From the NCBI GenBank assembly GCA_035495395.1, contig DATJGA010000056.1, positions 1-24,947 on the forward strand: 24,947 nt of DNA, given 5' to 3'. The position numbers were made by a program, and so were the translations under genes. Shown here in pieces: positions 8,810 to 14,731 of the stretch; position 1 is the stretch's first letter, and every line of letters begins with the position of its first letter. The stretch comes from Mycobacteriales bacterium (lineage in GTDB: Bacteria; Actinomycetota; Actinomycetes; Mycobacteriales; SCTD01). The notes beneath the pieces are model-generated. The model did no database searches. It was not told the origin of the DNA and was given only the letters and a program-made list of their open reading frames with translations.

Positions 8810-10632
8810 GCGCCGACGGTGCGACGGTTGAGCACCGCTGCCGGTCGGCTGAGCTCGACGTACCAGCTGCCCTGGGTGAGGGGCGTCTGGATCGCGGGCG
8901 CCGCGGCAGCGCCCGAGGGCGGGGTGCACTTGCTGTAGAAGGTCCGCCCGGTGACGTAGCCGGTCTTGGTGAAGATGTGCGCGGGCCGGCTGGGGAAGTG
9001 GCCGAGGGTGTAGCGCTGCCCGCAGTCGGCGTAGGCGTACGTGCCCATGCTCTCGTCGGCGTCGAGGTGGTCGGGGTCCCACCAGTAGACGCTGGCTGCC
9101 TTCGGGAAGGAACGGCGCCCGGGGTCGTCGTAGTCGCCCACCATGGCCCAGCTCTCGCGGTGGCTGGTGCCCACTGCGGGGATGTCGAGGTAGGCCTTGG
9201 CGAGCGACTCCCGCGTCAGGTGCGGCCCGTTGAGCTGCACCGCGGCGACCGCGTGCGAGATCATCTCCCAGTAGATGTGGCAGTACAGCGGGTGCGCGAC
9301 GTAGCCGGAGTCGACGCTGGCCACCGCCTTGTAGCACTCCATGTCGCTCGGGGCGAGGTTCACCTCGGCGATGTTCAGGCCGAAGGTGTGGCCGAGCTCC
9401 TCGACCGGCACGTCGCGGGTGAGGTAGGCGTCCTGGTCGAGCCCGCCCCAGCCGGTGGTGATCCACTCGGGGTAGTAGCCGATCCCCTCCGCCTGGATCT
9501 CGATCGCCATCGCGTCGACGATGTCGGTGTTGAGGATGACCGAGGAGACGTTCTCGCTCTGCAGCTTGAGCAGCGCCTGCTGGATCTCGTTCGCCATGTC
9601 GACGCCGGGTGCCTGGTCCAGCGGCGCGACACCGCAGGTCTTCAGGCCGGAGAGCAGCGTCGGGCCGGAGTTCGCCCAGGGCAGGGCGATCTCGATCGCG
9701 CCCCACGTGCGGTCCTTCTTCGGGTCGAAGGTCGCGTTGCCCGTCCTCACGCCGGCGATCGGCGGGTGCCCCTTGACCTGCTTGCAGATCCACTCGGCGG
9801 TGAGCTTCGCGGCCAGCGTCGGGCTGACCTGGCTCCAGGAGTAGCCGACCGGTCGCCGGGCCTGGTAGTACGACTCGATCGGGGCGAGCCACGAGTCGTT
9901 GACCACGTGGGCCTTCGCGTACTCGTCGATCTCGCCCTGGGTGCCCTCGATCTGCGCGGCGATCGGGTGGTACTTGGAGATCGCGTCCGTGGTGTCGGAC
10001 CGCTGGGTCGACTCGTCGGCGGTCGCGCTGCCCTCGGTGGCGTAGGCGAGCTGCAGCTTGCGGTTGTACGTCATCGCGTGCTTGTTGAAGTACTTCTGGA
10101 TGTCGTTCAGCGTCCGCAGCTGGGCCGAGGAGCGCGCGGTCGCGTCGTTGATGACGCCGTCGGTCTGCTGCTGGCCGTAGAACGACACGACCATGCTGTA
10201 CGTCGTGGAGGTGACCCCGGGCTGGGTGCTGCCGCCGTTGTTGCCGATGAACGCCGCCTGGCAGGGCGGCGCGTAGACCGAGTCCCACTGCCGCGGCGGG
10301 TCCCAGTTGGTGGCGCAGGTGACGGTGCTGCCGCCGGTCTTCTCCGGCGGTGTCGCCACCGGTACGGCGGTCGGCGGCGGCGTCGGCTTGCCGGCGCCCT
10401 CCTGGCCCGCGGTGTTGCTGCCGGGCTGGAACTGGGTCTTGATGAGGCTCTGCGCCTTGGCGTTCGGCGGCGCGTCGGGGGAGTACTCGCTGCCGCTCTG
10501 CGTGGTGTCGGGCGGCGGGCGCAGCGCGGAGGGCAGCACGAAGGCGACGACGAGCAGGGCCATGGCGGCGTACCCGGCGGGGACCAGCCGGTTCACCGCC
10601 TTGCTGCGCGTCGAGCGCCGGTCACGCGCCAC
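8806..10632 (-). CDS. Large membrane-anchored solute-binding protein, probably LivJ-like type I periplasmic binding fold, 8 Cys
   Basis: Basic N-terminus plus one hydrophobic segment (no lipobox), Pro/Thr-rich linker, NGGSTQPGVT entry into an alternating alpha/beta domain, YYPEWITTG and LNGPHLTRESL segments resembling HAAT-family SBPs. LivHM/FG genes lie across the promoter. Confidence 0.7.
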   Translation of the reverse strand: MARDRRSTRSKAVNRLVPAGYAAMALLVVAFVLPSALRPPPDTTQSGSEYSPDAPPNAKAQSLIKTQFQPGSNTAGQEGAGKPTPPPTAVPVATPPEKTGGSTVTCATNWDPPRQWDSVYAPPCQAAFIGNNGGSTQPGVTSTTYSMVVSFYGQQQTDGVINDATARSSAQLRTLNDIQKYFNKHAMTYNRKLQLAYATEGSATADESTQRSDTTDAISKYHPIAAQIEGTQGEIDEYAKAHVVNDSWLAPIESYYQARRPVGYSWSQVSPTLAAKLTAEWICKQVKGHPPIAGVRTGNATFDPKKDRTWGAIEIALPWANSGPTLLSGLKTCGVAPLDQAPGVDMANEIQQALLKLQSENVSSVILNTDIVDAMAIEIQAEGIGYYPEWITTGWGGLDQDAYLTRDVPVEELGHTFGLNIAEVNLAPSDMECYKAVASVDSGYVAHPLYCHIYWEMISHAVAAVQLNGPHLTRESLAKAYLDIPAVGTSHRESWAMVGDYDDPGRRSFPKAASVYWWDPDHLDADESMGTYAYADCGQRYTLGHFPSRPAHIFTKTGYVTGRTFYSKCTPPSGAAAAPAIQTPLTQGSWYVELSRPAAVLNRRTVGA

Positions 10633-11374
10633 GCCGGCCCGCCTTCGTCCTGGTCGGGCGCGCGGGGGAGCCGTTGTGCTGCGGCTCCGGCTGCGCCCCG
10701 ACGATCCGCAGCGCGATGTCGGAGTACGACGCGCACAGCGCCTCGGCGGTCACGCCGTACGCGTAGGGGAACCAGCCGGCGAGGCCGACCCCGAGGCTCC
10801 AGAAGACCACGGTGATGGCGTCGTCGTCAGGGTTGCTGAAGGTGCCGGTGCGACGGCCGCGGTCGAGGACGTCGCGCAGGATGCGCGCCGACTGCAGGCG
10901 GGCCGACTGGTCGCGCTCGAAGGCCGCGGGCGACAGGTTGCGCACCTCGCCGTTGACGATGCGGGTCAGCCGCGGGAACTCGCACGTCATCGTCACCAGC
11001 GCGGACATCGCGGCGGTGAGCTGGGCACGCGGGTCGTCGCCGACGTCCATGACGGCGGCGATCTGGCGCCGGCTGAACTCGGTGTGCCCGAGCTCGCTCA
11101 GCGCGTCGAGCATGGCCTGCTTGGAGGCGAAGCTCTTGTAGAGGCTGGCCGACTTGATGCCCACCAGCGCGGCGATGTCGCGCACCGACGTGGCGGCGTA
11201 GCCGATGTCGCCGAAGAGCTCCACGCAGGCGGACAGGATCGCGTGCTGGCTCGGGGTGAAGCGGTCCGTCGCCGGCAGCCCGCGGGGGTCGAGGTCGCTG
11301 CGCCACGGCAGGTTCGCCGACGACGTGGTCACGAGGGAAGCAGCCTCGGAGAGCGCTCCGGCCGACGTGGACAC
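10622..11374 (-). CDS. TetR/AcrR family transcriptional regulator (C-terminus resembles the KstR2-like group)
   Basis: HTH AILSACVELFGDIGYAATSVRDIAALVGIKSASLYKSF; C-terminal RIVNGEVRNLS...VLDRGRRTGTF...LAGWF. Start is uncertain. GTG 11374 is preferred because TTG 11410 is part of a TTGACA -35 box. Confidence 0.9.
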   Translation of the reverse strand: MSTSAGALSEAASLVTTSSANLPWRSDLDPRGLPATDRFTPSQHAILSACVELFGDIGYAATSVRDIAALVGIKSASLYKSFASKQAMLDALSELGHTEFSRRQIAAVMDVGDDPRAQLTAAMSALVTMTCEFPRLTRIVNGEVRNLSPAAFERDQSARLQSARILRDVLDRGRRTGTFSNPDDDAITVVFWSLGVGLAGWFPYAYGVTAEALCASYSDIALRIVGAQPEPQHNGSPARPTRTKAGRRGA

Positions 11375-11381
11375 GGCGGTC

Positions 11382-11410
11382 AGTCTGCTTCCGGGCACCG
11401 GGGCTGTCAA
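11382..11410 (-). promoter_or_regulatory. Housekeeping-sigma promoter of the tetR operon: TTGACA-17 bp-CAGACT
   Basis: Perfect -35 (11410-11405), 17-bp spacer, CAGACT (11387-11382), then 7 nt to in-frame GTG 11374 with no SD. Confidence 0.6.
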
Positions 11411-11420
11411 GGACGACTGG

Positions 11421-11436
11421 GGTAGCGCTCGCTAGC
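11421..11436. promoter_or_regulatory. Palindromic operator A (GGTAGCG-CT-CGCTAGC), probable TetR site
   Basis: One mismatch from GCTAGCR-N2-YGCTAGC. Lies 10 bp upstream of the tetR -35. A near-identical copy sits 120 bp away. Confidence 0.6.
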
Positions 11437-11540
11437 CGTACGCCGTGCTCTCGAGGCATCGCTCGTGGAAAACCCTTGTGCGATAGGCGATCTTGGAAGC
11501 GCATATCGGACACCGCGAGAACGGGCTCGCGAAACAAGGT

Positions 11541-11556
11541 GCTATCAAGTGCTAGC
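11541..11556. promoter_or_regulatory. Palindromic operator B (GCTATCA-AG-TGCTAGC), probable TetR site
   Basis: One mismatch from the same palindrome. Overlaps the putative -35 of the rightward operon. Confidence 0.6.
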
Positions 11557-11581
11557 CAAACCCTGTGACCGCGGTTACATT
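11553..11581 (+). promoter_or_regulatory. Putative promoter of the 8-gene operon: TAGCCA-17 bp-TACATT
   Basis: TAnnnT -10 at 11576-11581, a 4/6 -35 at 11553-11558, and 7 nt to in-frame GTG 11589. Confidence 0.45.
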
Positions 11582-11588
11582 GGCCGAC

Positions 11589-12512
11589 GTGCTGGCCGCG
11601 AGAACCCAGAGTCGTGCGCCGCGCCAGGGCCGTTCGAGTGCGCTGTCCCGGCGTGTGGTCGCGGCTGCTGCCGTCGCGCTGCTGGCGTCGGGGTGCCTGC
11701 TGCACACGAAGACCTCGGAGGGGCGCGCGCTGCACCGGGCGCCGCAGGTGCTCGCCCGCGCGCAGAGCGTGGGCCTGTCCCTGACGGTGTCCTCGCGGCT
11801 GGCCCGGGTCGGCTCCCTCACCAGCCTTCCCGCACCCGACCCCGGCTTCCACGTCGACGGGGTGCTCGACCTCACGACCGGCCGCGCGGCGTACACGGAC
11901 GCGGGCCGCACGGTGGCCGTCTTCGACCGCAAGCACGTCTTCGCGCTGCGGCCGCACGCCCGCCCGACGGACGCCCGTCCGTGGGTCGAGGTGGCGGTCG
12001 ACGAGGACCTCCAGGACCTCGTGCTCGACCCGGGTGCGCTGCCGCCGTCGCTCGCGCTGCGCGCGCTGCGGCCGTCGGTGCTCGTCGACGCGCTCGCCGG
12101 CGCGCTGACGGGCAGCATCGAGCGGCGTGGTCAGGAGGACGTCGACGGAACGCCCACGACGAAGTACACGGCCCGCTTCGACCTGACCCAGGCGCTGGCC
12201 GAGAGCACCCGGCACCGCTACTCGCAGCACGACCAGGACGACCTGGCCAAGCTCTTCGAGGTGCTGGGGGTCAAGGAGGACGCCCTCAACGACGGCGCCG
12301 TGTGGCTCGACGCGCAGGGCGCTCCGCGCCGGCTGCAGCTGGCACTGCGCGAGTCCCCGACCCCGCAGAGCCTCATCCTGCTGCTGGTCGACCTGCGGCT
12401 GACCCCGCGGTCGGAGCCGGTCCTCATCGACGTGCCGGCGGTCAGCGCGGTCACGACCGTCCCGTCGCTGTTCCAGTTCCTCCAGCCGCTCAAGCCCGGG
12501 GCCGCCGCGTGA
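11589..12512 (+). CDS. Lipoprotein, LppX/LprG (LolA-like) fold candidate
   Basis: SRRVVAAAAVALLASGC signal with lipobox. Beta-rich body with GQEDVDGTPTTKYTARFDL and VWLDAQGAPRRL, as in LppX_LprAFG-like proteins. Alternative start GTG 11565. Confidence 0.65.
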   Translation: MLAARTQSRAPRQGRSSALSRRVVAAAAVALLASGCLLHTKTSEGRALHRAPQVLARAQSVGLSLTVSSRLARVGSLTSLPAPDPGFHVDGVLDLTTGRAAYTDAGRTVAVFDRKHVFALRPHARPTDARPWVEVAVDEDLQDLVLDPGALPPSLALRALRPSVLVDALAGALTGSIERRGQEDVDGTPTTKYTARFDLTQALAESTRHRYSQHDQDDLAKLFEVLGVKEDALNDGAVWLDAQGAPRRLQLALRESPTPQSLILLLVDLRLTPRSEPVLIDVPAVSAVTTVPSLFQFLQPLKPGAAA

Positions 12513-14731
12513 GCCGGGTCGCGCAGCTGCGCCGCGCCGCTGCTCCCGTGCTCTTCCTCCTGCTCGCCGTCGCTGCCGGCCGGCTGGTGACCGTCGTGCA
12601 CGGCACCTCCACCGCGCCCTGGGGCATCCTCCTCGGGTACGGCGCGGTCTTCGGCTGCGGCACCGCCCTGTCCAGCGTGGGCCTCGTCCTCGTCTACCGC
12701 TCGGCGCGCATCATCAACTTCAGCCAGGCGTCGTACGGCGTGAACGCGGCGCTGCTCTTCCTCCTGCTCACGACGGGGAAGGGCTGGAACTACTGGGTCG
12801 CGCTCGGGGTGAGCGTGCTCGCGACCGCTTCGGTCGCCTTCCTCGTCGAGCTGCTCGTGCTGCGGAAGTTCGCCAAGGCGCCGCGCCTGGTGCTCACCCT
12901 CATCACGGTCGTCCTCGTGCAGATCTTCGCGGCGGTCACGATCCTGCTGCCGCGGGCGTTCGGCTACTCGCCCCCCAAGAACGGCCTGCCCTACGTGCGG
13001 CTGCCCTCCTTCCCCGCGCGCACGCCCTTCGACCGCACCCGCTTCCACTGGGCCGGGGCGCCCTTCAACGGCGACCACGTCGCGCTCGTCGTGGCCACGC
13101 TCGTGATGGTGCTCGCCCTGGGCCTGTTCCTGCGGAAGAGCCGTCTCGGCACGGCGATCCGCGGCGCGGCGGAGAACTCGTCGAGGGTCGAGCAGCTCGG
13201 GGTCAGCACCGGGGTGCTCTCCTCGACGACGTGGGTGCTGGTCGCCGTGCTGTCCGCGGTCGGCGCGATCCTCGCCACGACTGCCCAGGGGGGCACCCTC
13301 CAGCAGTACTCGCAGAGCGCGGACGCGGCCTACGGCCCGCTGATGGTCGCGCTCACCGCCGCCGTCATCGCCCGGCTCGAGAGCCTGCCGATGGCGTTCG
13401 CCGCCGCCTTCGGCCTCACCGTCTTCGAGCAGGGCCTGACCTGGTCGTTCAACAACGACCAGGCGGTCCTCAACCTCGTCCGGTTCGGCCTCATCCTGCT
13501 CGTGCTGCTGCTGCAGCCGACGCGCCGCTCGCGCACCGACGCGGCGTCCTCCAGCAGCTGGGCCGGCAGCGAGGAGATCCGCGCCATCCCGTCGGTGCTG
13601 CAGCGGCTGCCCGCCGTGCAGACCGGCGTACGGCGGGCGCGCTGGGTGTTCGGCGGGCTGCTGCTGGCCTACCCGTTCGTGGTGTCGCCGGGGCAGCTCT
13701 CGCTCGGCACGACCTACGTCATCTACGCGATCGTCGGGGTCTCCATCGTCATCCTCACCGGCTGGGCCGGCCAGGTGAGCCTCGGCCAGTTCGCGCTCGT
13801 CGCGGTCGGGGCGCTCACCGGGGCGTGGGTGATCGGCGACCTGCACCTGCCGTTCGGGCTGGCGCTGGTGGCGGGCACCGTCGTGTCCGCGCTGGTCGCG
13901 GTGCTCGTCGGGCTGCCGGCGCTGCGGCTGCAGGGGCTCTACCTCGCGGTCACCACGCTGGCGCTGGCGACGACGACGGCCGGCCTGATCGGCTCGCACC
14001 GCTTCCTCGAGCCGCACCTGCCCAGCGCGGTGGGCCGGCCCCAGATCCTCGGGCTCGACCTCAACACGAACCTGCGCGGCTACTACTACCTCTGCGTGGC
14101 CGCGACCGCGCTGGCCGTCCTCACCGCGGCACGGCTCCGCCGTACCCGCACGGCGCGGCTGCTCATCGCGATGCGCGACAACGAGCGGATGGCGCAGGCC
14201 TACGGCATCAACCTCGTGCGCACCCGGCTCATCGCGTTCGCGCTCTCGGGCGGCATGGCCGGCTTCGCCGGCGTCCTGTACGTGGTCCAGCAGCGCGCGG
14301 TGACGGCCGGCTCGTACGGGCCGCAGCTCTCGGTCTCGATGTTCCTCATGGCCGTGCTCGGCGGCCTGGGCTCGGTCTACGCGGTCCTCGCCGGGGCGGC
14401 GTACTTCGCGATCTGCGCGACGGTGGTGTCCGGCACCCTCGCCACGCTGCTGACCGGCGGCATCGGGGTGCTGCTGGTCATGCTGTTCTTCCCGGCCGGC
14501 CTCGGCGCGATGGGCTACTCGGTGCGCGACGCCTGGCTGCGCAGGGTGGCGCAGCGCTACCGCATCTACGTCCCGAGCCTGGCCGGTGACCGCATCAAGC
14601 GCGGCGAGGAGGCGCTGGTGCCCATCGCCGCCGGCACCGAGCGCGAGCCGCTGCCCGAGCGGTACCGCGTGCCCTCGCGGATCAGCGAGTTCGGGCGCTC
14701 GCAGCAGCTGGCGAAGGCGTGGCGGTACTGA
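12509..14731 (+). CDS. Fused LivH-LivM branched-chain-amino-acid-type (HAAT) ABC permease, 740 aa
   Basis: LivH half: GLVLVYRSARIINFSQ and GTAIRGAAEN. LivM half: TGWAGQVSLGQ, LRLQGLYLAVTTL and MRDNERMAQAYGIN. GTGA overlap with the upstream stop at 12509-12512. Confidence 0.9.
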   Translation: MSRVAQLRRAAAPVLFLLLAVAAGRLVTVVHGTSTAPWGILLGYGAVFGCGTALSSVGLVLVYRSARIINFSQASYGVNAALLFLLLTTGKGWNYWVALGVSVLATASVAFLVELLVLRKFAKAPRLVLTLITVVLVQIFAAVTILLPRAFGYSPPKNGLPYVRLPSFPARTPFDRTRFHWAGAPFNGDHVALVVATLVMVLALGLFLRKSRLGTAIRGAAENSSRVEQLGVSTGVLSSTTWVLVAVLSAVGAILATTAQGGTLQQYSQSADAAYGPLMVALTAAVIARLESLPMAFAAAFGLTVFEQGLTWSFNNDQAVLNLVRFGLILLVLLLQPTRRSRTDAASSSSWAGSEEIRAIPSVLQRLPAVQTGVRRARWVFGGLLLAYPFVVSPGQLSLGTTYVIYAIVGVSIVILTGWAGQVSLGQFALVAVGALTGAWVIGDLHLPFGLALVAGTVVSALVAVLVGLPALRLQGLYLAVTTLALATTTAGLIGSHRFLEPHLPSAVGRPQILGLDLNTNLRGYYYLCVAATALAVLTAARLRRTRTARLLIAMRDNERMAQAYGINLVRTRLIAFALSGGMAGFAGVLYVVQQRAVTAGSYGPQLSVSMFLMAVLGGLGSVYAVLAGAAYFAICATVVSGTLATLLTGGIGVLLVMLFFPAGLGAMGYSVRDAWLRRVAQRYRIYVPSLAGDRIKRGEEALVPIAAGTEREPLPERYRVPSRISEFGRSQQLAKAWRY

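Noticed and set aside
4931-8938. 1335-aa ORF on + and other long Arg/Gly/Ala-rich ORFs (e.g. 4539..6686, 8977..10815, 12218..14773, 14566..17628, 18320..19960)
   Set aside because: Antisense or off-frame shadows of genuine genes. Stop-poor alternative frames are expected at this GC content, and they contain no recognisable motifs.
8810-10288. N-terminal extension making the alpha/beta hydrolase 758 aa
   Set aside because: It overlaps the SBP in another frame. The hydrolase-like sequence begins at ATG 8809, which is coupled to the SBP stop.
11544-11557. KstR2 operator match (ATCAAGTGCTAGCC versus AnCAAGnnCTTGnT, 8/10 defined positions)
   Set aside because: The better explanation is the GCTAGC-type palindrome shared with site A, which does not fit the KstR2 motif. 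There are no cholesterol catabolism genes in the window.
11469-11567. Direct repeat AAACCCTTGTG / AAACCCTGTG in the divergent intergenic region
   Set aside because: Only two short imperfect copies with no positional logic I could support. It may still be a site for a second regulator.
11465-12508. Apparent 1088-aa permease, and similar 5' extensions of 17430.., 17828.., 19234.. and 21911..
   Set aside because: The extensions lie over upstream genes in another frame. Real starts coincide with stop/start overlaps or follow the upstream stop closely.
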